In this document: positions 1 to 8,817 of the stretch, piece after piece
How the letters are laid out: every line of letters begins with the position of its first letter
Numbering within the stretch: position 1 is the stretch's first letter
Assembly: GCA_018645565.1 (NCBI GenBank)
Contig: JABGWJ010000098.1
Location: 1-48,383, forward strand
Length of the DNA: 48,383 nucleotides
Direction: 5' to 3'
Origin: a bacterium
GTDB lineage: Bacteria; Fidelibacterota; Marinisomatia; Marinisomatales; UBA1611
The notes under the pieces: model-generated
Databases searched by the model: none
Seen by the model: only the letters and a program-made list of their open reading frames with translations
Told to the model about the DNA's origin: nothing
Program-made: the position numbers and the translations under genes

Positions 1-1747
1 TCATTTGGTTGAGTTTTTGACCAGACTGTGTGTGAATATTTGCTAACTCATATAATCTAATTGATTTAATAGAATTTTTTATATTTAAATGTGCAGCTTT
101 AATTAGGTTAGGAATCAATGAAGTTCTTAGGTACGCCATATCTTTATTAAGCGGATTTAGCATAGCAATAGAATTATCCCCAATTATATTCGCAGTCATT
201 TTATTTTGAAGAGAATTAGAATAGTGTTGAAAAAAGCCTAAACTAGACATGGTCTCTCTAAATTTTTGTAAATATGACTGAGGATCACTATCTTCAACGA
301 TCATGTCTCCGTATAAGGAATTGTCTGCTGGAATATTATCATAACCATATATACGCGCAATCTCTTCAATTAAATCTATTTCTCTCGAAATATCTGGACG
401 GTATGATGCTGGAATACACTCTAATTCACTATCATCTAGTAAAGAAACCTCGCAACCAACGCCCTTAAGAATATCTACAATTTTTTTAGGCTTAACTTCT
501 AAACCAATAATTTGTGTCACTTCAGATAAACGTAAACGAATTACTGGCCTAGTAAACTCATTAGAGATTAAATCTAAATACTCCCCCTGAAATTCCCCAT
601 CCGCATACTCTTCAATTAAAGCAACAATTCGCCAAAAAGCATTTGTAGTAGCCTCAGGATCAGCACCTCTCTCAAATCTCTTTGAGGCCTCGGTACTTAA
701 TCGTAAAGATTTGGAAGATTTTCGTACAGTTATCGGATCAAAATAAGCGCTTTCAACAAAAACTGTAGTGGTTTTTTCATCTACAGCACTATCTAGACCC
801 CCCATTACTCCTGCTATGGCAATAGGATTCATGCCATCGGAAATAACTAAATGCGTTTCATCAAGTTCAAACGAATTTTGATCAAGTGTTTTTATAGTTT
901 CCTTTTTCTTAGCTCTGCGAACCAATATTTCATTACTTTTAATCTTATCCCAATCAAATATATGAGTTGGTTGCCCCATTTCCATTAATACATAATTTGA
1001 AATATCTACTAAATTATTTATCGGTCTTTGCCCAATGGCTATTAATCTTTCTTGCATCCATTGTGGACTAGGTTTGACAGAAACATTAGATAAAAGACCA
1101 CCCACATAGCGAGAGCAGTCATTTTGATCATCAATCCTTAAACTAAAACTAGGTTTAAATTCTTCAATTTTTGAAGTAAAAGAGTGCGAAACTAATTTTC
1201 TGCCTAAAATAACAGATATGTCTCTAGCTACACCATAGTGAGAAAACGCATCAGGTCTATTTGGAGTTATATCTAGCTCAATATTTAAATATTTATAGCC
1301 ATATTCTTTAAAAAATTCACCTCCGATGTTACATGTTTCAGGCAGTACTAATATGCCATCATGTTCATCACTAATATTTAATTCTTTAGCAGAGCAGATC
1401 ATGCCACTAGACTCGACACCTCTCAATTTGATTTTTTCTAATTTAAAACCTCCTGGAAGTACAGATCCTACTTTTGCATAAGCAATTATTTGACCTGCTT
1501 GAACATTTGGCGCTCCACAGACAACTTGATAATTCTTTTCACCATCGTTTACGCTGCAAACATTTAGCCTATCTGCATTAGGATGCTTTTCAACAGAAAG
1601 TACTTTTCCAATAATGACATTACTTATTTCACTAAAAGAGTCAGTATACTCTGCCTCTAATCCCACAGAAGATAGTATTTCAGATAATTCTTCAGGCGTT
1701 TCTTTTATGTCAACAAAATCTTTTAACCAATCAATTGAAACTATCAT
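1..1747 (-). CDS. pheT: Phenylalanine--tRNA ligase beta subunit, N-terminal 582 codons; 3' end lies beyond the window
   Basis: Absent from the ORF track because it runs off the window. My own minus-strand translation from the ATG at 1745-1747 gives MIVSIDWLKDFVDIKETPEELSEILSSVGLEAEY...GKVLSVEKHPNADRLNVCSVNDGEKNYQVVCGAPNV (tRNA-binding OB domain). Later come NPIAIAGVMGGLDSAV and SYRPDISREIDLIEEIARIYGYDNIP (B5 domain). The frame stays open to base 1. The start overlaps the pheS stop (TAATG). Confidence 0.93.
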   Translation of the reverse strand, partial: MIVSIDWLKDFVDIKETPEELSEILSSVGLEAEYTDSFSEISNVIIGKVLSVEKHPNADRLNVCSVNDGEKNYQVVCGAPNVQAGQIIAYAKVGSVLPGGFKLEKIKLRGVESSGMICSAKELNISDEHDGILVLPETCNIGGEFFKEYGYKYLNIELDITPNRPDAFSHYGVARDISVILGRKLVSHSFTSKIEEFKPSFSLRIDDQNDCSRYVGGLLSNVSVKPSPQWMQERLIAIGQRPINNLVDISNYVLMEMGQPTHIFDWDKIKSNEILVRRAKKKETIKTLDQNSFELDETHLVISDGMNPIAIAGVMGGLDSAVDEKTTTVFVESAYFDPITVRKSSKSLRLSTEASKRFERGADPEATTNAFWRIVALIEEYADGEFQGEYLDLISNEFTRPVIRLRLSEVTQIIGLEVKPKKIVDILKGVGCEVSLLDDSELECIPASYRPDISREIDLIEEIARIYGYDNIPADNSLYGDMIVEDSDPQSYLQKFRETMSSLGFFQHYSNSLQNKMTANIIGDNSIAMLNPLNKDMAYLRTSLIPNLIKAAHLNIKNSIKSIRLYELANIHTQSGQKLNQM

Positions 1748-2727
1748 TAGAACTGCCTTAGAAACCTAACATCACCATTATAAAATAAACGAATATCGTC
1801 AATATCATGCTTTAACATAGCTATTCTCTCAACACCCATTCCGAAAGCATAACCTCTCCAAACATTAGTGTCATAACCGACGCTTTTAAATACTTCTGGG
1901 TCTACCATTCCGCAACCTAAAATTTCCATCCACTGATTACGTTGCTCATCCCAGATATCTACTTCAGCACTTGGCTCAGTGAAAGGAAAATAGCTAGGTC
2001 TCCAACGCATCTTACGATTTGCACCAAACATTTTCTTTGCAAAATACTCTAGGCAGCCTTTGAGCTGAGAAAAACTAACGTTTTTATCAACGAACAAACC
2101 TTCTACTTGATGAAAAAGGCAATAACTTTTATAACTGATAGCCTCATTTCTGTATACACGACCAGGAACTATAAATCTTAAAGGAGGTTCCTCTTCTTCC
2201 ATTAAATGGATTTGAACATTTGAAGTATGTGTTCTCAAAACAATGTCTTTGTCAACAAAAAAAGTATCTTGCATATCGCGAGCAGGATGGTGTTCAGGTA
2301 CATTAAGAGCACTAAAATTATGATAATCATCATCGATTTCAGGACCGTATGCAACATTAAATCCGATCTCGGAAAATATTTTCTTTATATCAAGCATGGT
2401 CTGTTCTAAAATATGTATTGATCCAGCGGAATAAGTCTTCTCCGGCATAAAAATATCTATTTTATCAGCATCAGAAACAGAATTGGAATTATTATCTAAA
2501 GTACTGAGCTTATCATTTAAGTCAATTTTTAACTGGTTTAGTAATTGACCGAACAATGGTTTATCTTCTTTAGAAACTTGACCTAATTGTTTAAACAAAT
2601 TTGTAACTAAACCATTACGGCTGAGGTATTTTTGTTTTAACATATCTGTACCTGAGGAATCAGATACAGTAGCAAAATCGGTTAAAAAATCGTTTTTAAC
2701 CGATTCAATACTATCTTTTAGAGACAT
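1747..2727 (-). CDS. pheS: Phenylalanine--tRNA ligase alpha subunit
   Basis: 326-aa ORF with class II aaRS core motifs (RPSYFPFTEPSAEVD, GMGVERIAMLK). It sits between rplT and pheT as in the canonical operon. Confidence 0.95.
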   Translation of the reverse strand: MSLKDSIESVKNDFLTDFATVSDSSGTDMLKQKYLSRNGLVTNLFKQLGQVSKEDKPLFGQLLNQLKIDLNDKLSTLDNNSNSVSDADKIDIFMPEKTYSAGSIHILEQTMLDIKKIFSEIGFNVAYGPEIDDDYHNFSALNVPEHHPARDMQDTFFVDKDIVLRTHTSNVQIHLMEEEEPPLRFIVPGRVYRNEAISYKSYCLFHQVEGLFVDKNVSFSQLKGCLEYFAKKMFGANRKMRWRPSYFPFTEPSAEVDIWDEQRNQWMEILGCGMVDPEVFKSVGYDTNVWRGYAFGMGVERIAMLKHDIDDIRLFYNGDVRFLRQF

Positions 2728-2731
2728 TAAA

Positions 2732-3079
2732 CTAGTTTTTGACAGAATTCACCAAGTCGGTGAATGACTGCGGATCTTGAAGAGCAAGATCTGCAAGAAC
2801 TTTTCTATTTAGTTCAATCCCTTTAACATTCAACGCATTGATAAACGCTGAATATGTTATATCATTAAGTCTACAAGCTGCATTAATACGCACGATCCAT
2901 AAACGACGAAACTGACGTTTCCTCTGTCTTCTATCTCTATATGCATATAAACCAGCCTTGACAACTGCGTCCTTCGCAGACTTGAATGTTCGGCTCCGGG
3001 CACCATAGTAGCCCTTGGCCTGTTTTATTATCTTCCGATGCCTACGATGTCTAGGTACGGAACTATTTGCACGTGGCAT
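2732..3079 (-). CDS. rplT: 50S ribosomal protein L20
   Basis: 115 aa, highly basic, [30 protein letters not shown]..., a typical L20 N-terminus. It follows rpmI. Confidence 0.95.
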   Translation of the reverse strand: MPRANSSVPRHRRHRKIIKQAKGYYGARSRTFKSAKDAVVKAGLYAYRDRRQRKRQFRRLWIVRINAACRLNDITYSAFINALNVKGIELNRKVLADLALQDPQSFTDLVNSVKN

Positions 3080-3095
3080 ATTTTAATCTCCTAAA

Positions 3096-3290
3096 CTAAA
3101 CACATAACATACGTCGAACATTCCTACGATCTCCAGCAGCTACAAAGTCGCTTTGCCTCATCTTGCGTTTTGCTTTATTGGAACGACGAACAAGCATGTG
3201 TCTATGGTTTGCTTTGTTTCTCTTAAGTTTACCTGATGCTGTTAATTTAAAACGTTTAGCAGCACCACGTCTTGTTTTCATTTTTGGCAT
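3096..3290 (-). CDS. rpmI: 50S ribosomal protein L35
   Basis: 64 aa, MPKMKTRRGAAKRFKLTASGKLKR..., a typical L35. It lies between infC and rplT. Confidence 0.93.
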   Translation of the reverse strand: MPKMKTRRGAAKRFKLTASGKLKRNKANHRHMLVRRSNKAKRKMRQSDFVAAGDRRNVRRMLCV

Positions 3291-3299
3291 AATAATCCT

Positions 3300-3815
3300 T
3301 TATTGTTTGGCTGACAAAACAACCGACATCCTTCTTCCTTCTAAAGGGATGTCCTTTTCTACTTCCGCAATAGTGGATAATTCTTCTATTACCCTATCCA
3401 TAACGTCCTTTCCAAGATCGATTCTGGATAATTCTCTACCCCTAAAAATTAATGTAATCTTAAGCTTACATCCATCATTTAAAAACCTTTTTCCCATATT
3501 CAATTTTGTCATTAAATCATGCTCTTCGATACGGGGTCTAAGTCTAATTTCTTTTAACTTAATTACATGCTGTTTCTTTTTGTTTATCTGGATTTTTTTC
3601 TTTTCTTCGTATTTAAGTTTTCCAAAATTCACGATCCTACAAACTGGAGGAACGGCATTTGGTGAAACTTCCATAAGATCCAAACCATCATCTTGCGCCT
3701 TTTCAAGCGCATCTTCCGTCGAAACAATTCCTAACTGCTCACCATCTACGCTTATTAAACGAACTTCTTTTGCAGTTATTCTTTCATTTAATCGTTGCGT
3801 CTGTTTTTTAGCTAT
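3300..3815 (-). CDS. infC: Translation initiation factor IF-3, with a proposed non-canonical AUA start
   Basis: The track ORF (3300-3683, actually a TTG) lacks the conserved IF-3 N-terminal domain. The same frame is open upstream to a TGA at 3819-3821. It encodes I-AKKQTQRLNERITAKEVRLISVDGEQLGIVSTEDALEKAQDDGLDLMEVSPNAVPPVCRIVNFGK, the conserved IF-3 N-domain. No ATG/GTG/TTG lies upstream of that domain. ATA at 3813-3815 is preceded by AGGAG with 8-nt spacing. Confidence 0.85.
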   Translation of the reverse strand: MAKKQTQRLNERITAKEVRLISVDGEQLGIVSTEDALEKAQDDGLDLMEVSPNAVPPVCRIVNFGKLKYEEKKKIQINKKKQHVIKLKEIRLRPRIEEHDLMTKLNMGKRFLNDGCKLKITLIFRGRELSRIDLGKDVMDRVIEELSTIAEVEKDIPLEGRRMSVVLSAKQ

Positions 3816-5754
3816 GAGTCAAACTCCTATCTTTTATTTCATTTACTAGGGTGGAAAGTAATATGTCTTGATCGACAGTTCCTAAATCTCCTGAAAACTT
3901 TCTTCGAACCGAAACAGTGTTGTTTTCTTGCTCCTTTGGTCCAACTATTAACATAACATTTATTCTGTTGATCTCTGCTTTTCTAATTTTTGCACCTACC
4001 TTATCGGATCTATCGTCTAACATAGCGCGAATATCATGATCAATAAGCTTATTTGTAATGTTTTTTGCATAATCATTAACTTTTTCAGAAACAGGCAAAA
4101 CAGCAACCTGTACAGGAGCAAGCCATAAGGGAAAATTTCCACCAAAGTGTTCTATTAAAAAGCCAATAAACCTTTCATGAGTACTTAATGGTGCTCTATG
4201 AATACAAATTGGAGTCTGTTGATTTCCATTTTTATCTTTATAACTTAAATCAAATCTTTCAGGCACAACAAAATCAACCTGATTAGTAGCAAGCGTAAAT
4301 TCTTTTCCAATAGCACTCCAGACTTGGACATCTATTTTAGGTCCATAGAAAGCTGCTTCGCCAGGAACCTCAACATAGTTAAAACCGCCTTCATCAAGAG
4401 CCTCTCTAACCCATTGTTCTGTTTCCAACCAAAGTTCAGGTTCATCAACATACTTATCTCCGAGATGCTTTTTGTCGTGCAAGCTTAGACGCATAGTATA
4501 TTTTTTGATATCAAAAAGTTCAAAGTATTCTAAATACATTTTACAAACATTTATAAATTCTTCTTTGAATTGATCAGCACTGCAATAAATATGGGCATCA
4601 TTCATTTGTAAACTACGAACTCGCATTAAACCAAAAAGCTGACCGGATTTTTCATACCTATAGCAAGTGCCATATTCAGAAAGTCGAACAGGCATATCTC
4701 TATAACTTCTTGGAATTGCAGAAAATATTTTATGGTGGTGCGGGCAGTTCATAGGTTTAACATAATAATCTGCGCCATCAATACTCATCTCTGGGTACAT
4801 AGAATCTTTATAGTGTTCGAGATGTCCGGACCTTTCATAGATAGTTCCTTTCGTTAAATGAGGCGTCCTTACCTGATCAAATCCAGCTTTTTTCTCTGTC
4901 TGTTTAGCAAGCCTTTCAAGCTCTTCAATCATAACGGTACCATTTGGTAACCACAGTGGTAAACCAGGACCAACCTCTTCGTCAAAAGCAAAAAGGTTAA
5001 GTTCTTTGCCAAGCTTACGGTGATCTCGTTTTTTTGCTTCTTCTAAATTGTGCAAGTGTGTTTTTAATGCATCTTTAGTAGAAAAAACTGTACCATATAT
5101 TCTTTGAAGCATTTTATTGTTTTCATCACCGCGCCAGTACGCACCCGATGTTGACAACAACTTAAAATATTTAATTTTAGAAGTATTTGAAACATGTGGT
5201 CCACGACAAAGGTCCGTAAAGCTGGTCTGTGTATATGCTGATATAATATCATTGGGGTCTATTTCTTTAATAATTTCTACTTTGTAGGACTCACCCATAT
5301 CATCAAACATTTTGATCGCATCTGATGCAGAAATTTCCATTCTTGATATTTCTTGGGAAGATCTTGCTAACTCTTTCATTCTATTTTCAATATTTTGAAT
5401 AACTTCGTCAGTAAAAGGAATATCAACATCGAAATCGTAGTAAAAGCCATTTTCAATAGTTGGACCAATTGTAACCAGAGCTTCAGGAAAGAGGTCTTTC
5501 ACAGCCTGAGCCATAAGGTGTGCTGTTGAATGCAAAAGCGTGTCATGACCCTCAACAGAATCACCAGTAAAAAGCTCGAGACTACAGTCATTCTCTATTG
5601 AAAAGTTTAAGTCTTTCAAAACGCCATCTATTTTTGCAACAACAACGGCTCGGGCCAGCCCAGGCCCAATACTATCAGCCACCTGTTGGGGAGTAGTACC
5701 TATTGTCATATTCTTGTAAGAATTGTCTGGAAGTTTTATTTTAATGTTTCTCAT
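3808..5754 (-). CDS. thrS: Threonine--tRNA ligase
   Basis: 648 aa with an N-terminal TGS-like domain and an editing-domain His motif (HSTAHLMAQA). It has a class II catalytic core (RVRSLQMNDAHIY, FYGPKIDV) and a C-terminal anticodon-binding domain. It lies upstream of infC as in E. coli. Confidence 0.95.
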   Translation of the reverse strand: MRNIKIKLPDNSYKNMTIGTTPQQVADSIGPGLARAVVVAKIDGVLKDLNFSIENDCSLELFTGDSVEGHDTLLHSTAHLMAQAVKDLFPEALVTIGPTIENGFYYDFDVDIPFTDEVIQNIENRMKELARSSQEISRMEISASDAIKMFDDMGESYKVEIIKEIDPNDIISAYTQTSFTDLCRGPHVSNTSKIKYFKLLSTSGAYWRGDENNKMLQRIYGTVFSTKDALKTHLHNLEEAKKRDHRKLGKELNLFAFDEEVGPGLPLWLPNGTVMIEELERLAKQTEKKAGFDQVRTPHLTKGTIYERSGHLEHYKDSMYPEMSIDGADYYVKPMNCPHHHKIFSAIPRSYRDMPVRLSEYGTCYRYEKSGQLFGLMRVRSLQMNDAHIYCSADQFKEEFINVCKMYLEYFELFDIKKYTMRLSLHDKKHLGDKYVDEPELWLETEQWVREALDEGGFNYVEVPGEAAFYGPKIDVQVWSAIGKEFTLATNQVDFVVPERFDLSYKDKNGNQQTPICIHRAPLSTHERFIGFLIEHFGGNFPLWLAPVQVAVLPVSEKVNDYAKNITNKLIDHDIRAMLDDRSDKVGAKIRKAEINRINVMLIVGPKEQENNTVSVRRKFSGDLGTVDQDILLSTLVNEIKDRSLTHS

Positions 5755-5763
5755 ATTTAAAAG

Positions 5764-5837
5764 TGGGCGATGACGGATTCGAACCGCCGGCCTCTACGAT
5801 GTCAACGTAGCGCTCTAACCAACTGAGCTAATCGCCC
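5764..5837 (-). tRNA. tRNA-Val, anticodon GAC; no encoded CCA
   Basis: The minus strand reads GGGCGAT TA GCTC AGTTGGTT AGAGC G CTACG TTGACAT CGTAG AGGCC GGCGG TTCGAAT CCGTC ATCGCCC A. This is a full cloverleaf with a 7-bp acceptor stem, D arm, 5-bp anticodon stem and GTTCGAATC T loop. The anticodon loop is TT-GAC-AT. Confidence 0.9.
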
Positions 5838-5863
5838 TTCTAATAATAAAATTACAAAATTTA

Positions 5864-7504
5864 TCATTGAATAAATACATCTCTATAAGTAAAAGGATCT
5901 TCTAAGATACTCATCGCTTTTGAAATATCATTATCAATAGTTTTTGAAACACTCATCCTGCCTTGTTCACCATCAAAATGCTTTGCGAATTCCATTAGCA
6001 TCCATTCATTGATATCGTTCTTTTCTCTATCAAATTGTGTGATTGCTTTTTCTTCAAAATAAGAATCCAACAAATCAATTGCTCCAATTATTGATATATC
6101 ATTGCTGTCGAGGAGCATAAGCTTTCCTCTTGCGTCAAGATAATTATTTTCACCATCGAGCTTTATATCTAGATCTTCCTCATGACTCATTATGTAATTT
6201 TCTATCTTTGATATTAAGACGGGGTCATTTTTAACACCCTCAAAAGAGTCATATAAATGTTTATTTTTTTGAACGTATGAAAAGAATAAACCTTTACGAA
6301 GACTAGCAAAAAGAATTGGCTTCCTTTCATCATTTTCGATTACAAAATCAGGAGTAATTCCTTTTCCGCCTTTTACCAAACGCCCACCTACTGTCTCAAA
6401 TAAAGAATCTGCTGTTACAGTATCTGCTAAAATCTCCTCAGGGAGATAGCCATCTCGTTGTATAAGTCTACCACTAGGTATGTAGTACTTTGCTGTTGTG
6501 ATCTTCAAAGCTTTATTTCTATCTAAATTATATACAGTTTGAACCAACCCTTTTCCAAAAGATTGGCGACCGACGACTATACCTCTATCTAAATCTTGAA
6601 TCACACCAGCGACAATTTCGCTTGCTGAAGCACTGCCACCATTAATTAAAACAGCTATTTGAATATCATCTGATACGATGGGATCGCTTTTACTAAAATA
6701 TTTTTTATTTGACTGTCTCGCTTTTCCAGCAGTCCAAACCAACAACTCATCTTTTTCAATAAACATATCTAAAATTGAAACAGCCGAATTAAGCAAGCCA
6801 CCAGGGTTATCTCTCAAATCTAAAACGATACTAGAAAGATTATTGTTTGATAAACTAGTAATGGCTTTTTCAACTTCTATTGCAGAATTCTTAGAAAACC
6901 TATTTAATCTTATATAACCAATTGTTTCATCTAACATACCATAATAACTAACATCCTTAACCGGTATATCTTCCCTCGTCAATATAAAATCTAAAGGAAC
7001 CCCTTCATTAAACCTTTCAATAGTGAGTATAACGTCCGTTCCTTCTTTTCCTCTAATTAACTTTGCAGCATCATCCATAGACATCGATTTCGTATCATTA
7101 CCATCAATTTTAATTAAGATATCGCCAGCCATTATTCCCGCTCTTTTTGCCGGAGAATCTTCTGTCGGAGCTATCACTGTAATAACATCATCTCTTTTTC
7201 CAATTTGTATACCAACACCACCATATTTACCTTTAGTTAACATATCTAGATTGCTTTTTTGATCATCGACGAGATATACCGTATAAGGGTCAAGGTCAGA
7301 CAACATATTATCAATACTCATTTTCGTAAACTTTTCAAGGTCAATATCATCAACATAGTGAGTAATTAAATATTTGTACACGCTATTTATTGTTCTTTGA
7401 CTGTCTTTTATTTTTCTGTATATATCTTGCTTTGTAGCAGCAATCGCAACAAATGAAAAAAAGATTATAAAAATAGTTTTTATTTTTATGTTAAATAACT
7501 TCAT
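5864..7504 (-). CDS. Carboxy-terminal processing protease (peptidase S41) with PDZ domain
   Basis: 546 aa with an N-terminal signal/anchor (IFIIFFSFVAIAA). PDZ region: GGVGIQIG...AGIMAGDILIKIDG. S41 catalytic region: VLINGGSASASEIVAGVIQDLDRGIVVGRQSFGKGLVQ. Confidence 0.85.
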   Translation of the reverse strand: MKLFNIKIKTIFIIFFSFVAIAATKQDIYRKIKDSQRTINSVYKYLITHYVDDIDLEKFTKMSIDNMLSDLDPYTVYLVDDQKSNLDMLTKGKYGGVGIQIGKRDDVITVIAPTEDSPAKRAGIMAGDILIKIDGNDTKSMSMDDAAKLIRGKEGTDVILTIERFNEGVPLDFILTREDIPVKDVSYYGMLDETIGYIRLNRFSKNSAIEVEKAITSLSNNNLSSIVLDLRDNPGGLLNSAVSILDMFIEKDELLVWTAGKARQSNKKYFSKSDPIVSDDIQIAVLINGGSASASEIVAGVIQDLDRGIVVGRQSFGKGLVQTVYNLDRNKALKITTAKYYIPSGRLIQRDGYLPEEILADTVTADSLFETVGGRLVKGGKGITPDFVIENDERKPILFASLRKGLFFSYVQKNKHLYDSFEGVKNDPVLISKIENYIMSHEEDLDIKLDGENNYLDARGKLMLLDSNDISIIGAIDLLDSYFEEKAITQFDREKNDINEWMLMEFAKHFDGEQGRMSVSKTIDNDISKAMSILEDPFTYRDVFIQ

Positions 7505-8123
7505 CTAAAGTCCTGTCACTAGTAACGTTCCATATATAATTGGAAATTTCATCAACGCTTAAATTACCATCAATTATTACACACCTGTCACCAAAGTTAT
7601 CTACAATTTCTAAATACTTCTGTCTGATATCGTTTTGAAAGTCTAATCCAGCGCTTTCAATTCTATCAGAGGATAAGCCTTTACGTCTTTGAAATCCAAC
7701 CTCAGGTTCAATATCAATATAAAAAGTCAAATCTGGTTCTATTCCATAAGTCGCAAACTGATTTAATTTAATGAGCCAATCCAAATTAAGACCACGTCCG
7801 CCGCCTTGATATGCTAAAGTAGAGTCTGCATACCTATCCGCAACTATCCATTTACCAGCTTTTAATTCAGGAGCAATAATATCTTTCGTTAATTGCGCTC
7901 TGCTAGCGCACATTAATAATGCTTCTGATCTGGATGACATTTCATCTTCCCTGTTATTTAATAATACTGATCGTATCTCTTCAGATATAGAAGTACCCCC
8001 AGGTTCTCTAAGAAACAGGGTTTCTAACTTTAATGACTGTAGTTTTTCTACAAGTATTTTTGCCTGTGTAGATTTCCCTGAACCATCAATACCTTCGAAC
8101 GTTATAAAGTAGTTTTTAGTCAA
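7491..8123 (-). CDS. tmk: dTMP (thymidylate) kinase
   Basis: 210 aa with the P-loop ITFEGIDGSGKSTQ, the LREPGGT motif and DRYADSTLAYQG. Confidence 0.92.
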   Translation of the reverse strand: MTKNYFITFEGIDGSGKSTQAKILVEKLQSLKLETLFLREPGGTSISEEIRSVLLNNREDEMSSRSEALLMCASRAQLTKDIIAPELKAGKWIVADRYADSTLAYQGGGRGLNLDWLIKLNQFATYGIEPDLTFYIDIEPEVGFQRRKGLSSDRIESAGLDFQNDIRQKYLEIVDNFGDRCVIIDGNLSVDEISNYIWNVTSDRTLDEVI

Positions 8124-8817
8124 AATAAATATTTTTATCGTCCTTACTCACAAGCAAAACGCACTCACCTTTATATGTTTTTGTTTCAAGAATTTCTAAA
8201 AGACTAGACAAGGTTCCTCTGATTATTTCCTCATAAATCTTTGTAATCTCTCTGCATATTACAGCAGGTCTATCACCAAGGATTTCAAATAGCTGCCTAA
8301 CTGTTCTTTTAAGTCTATTGCTGTTTTCATAAAAAATAATTGTCGCTTCTACATCTTTTAAATTCTCAATAATCTTTTTGCGACCTTTTTTTGGCGGCAA
8401 GAAACCTTCAAATATAAACCTGTCGGTAGGTAAGCCAGAGCTGACCAAAGACGCTAAAACAGCAGAGGCACCTGGAATAGCCTCTATTTTACTACCAATT
8501 TCAATTGCTCTTCGAACTAACTTATAAGCAGGGTCTGATATAGCTGGGGTACCTGCATCTGTGATAACCGCCACATCGTAATTATCTTTTAAAACCTCCT
8601 CTATTTTCAATAATCGCTGGAATTTATTGTGTTCGTAATAACTTATCATTTTCGTTTTTATATTGTATCTAGATAAAAGGATTTTTGACCTTCTGGTGTC
8701 TTCAGCAGCTATTAAATTAACTCCTTTCAGTATATCAACAGCCCTGAACGTAATGTCTTCAAGATTTCCTATTGGAGTAGATACCAGGTACAAAGTACCA
8801 ATATTGCTTTTAATCAA
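8116..8817 (-). CDS. rsmI: 16S rRNA (cytidine1402-2'-O)-methyltransferase
   Basis: 233 aa. GTLYLVSTPIGNLEDITFRAVDILKGVNLIAAEDTR is the hallmark RsmI/tetrapyrrole-methylase-fold N-terminus. Confidence 0.9.
   Translation of the reverse strand: MIKSNIGTLYLVSTPIGNLEDITFRAVDILKGVNLIAAEDTRRSKILLSRYNIKTKMISYYEHNKFQRLLKIEEVLKDNYDVAVITDAGTPAISDPAYKLVRRAIEIGSKIEAIPGASAVLASLVSSGLPTDRFIFEGFLPPKKGRKKIIENLKDVEATIIFYENSNRLKRTVRQLFEILGDRPAVICREITKIYEEIIRGTLSSLLEILETKTYKGECVLLVSKDDKNIYFD

Noticed and set aside
274-468. 64-aa plus-strand ORF at the window start
   Set aside because: It lies inside and antisense to pheT, whose frame I translated continuously from 1747 to base 1 with conserved B5-domain motifs.
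3163-3849. 228-aa plus-strand ORF spanning rpmI, infC and the thrS 3' end
   Set aside because: It lies entirely antisense to three well-supported conserved genes. The translation is low-complexity (Phe/Ser/Ile/Leu-rich), as expected from reading AT-rich lysine-rich genes backwards. No recognisable motif.
5764-5837. tRNA-Val as an integration site for a genomic island
   Set aside because: No integrase, excisionase or transposase ORF lies nearby. I noticed no direct repeat of the tRNA 3' end downstream, and conserved housekeeping genes flank it on both sides.
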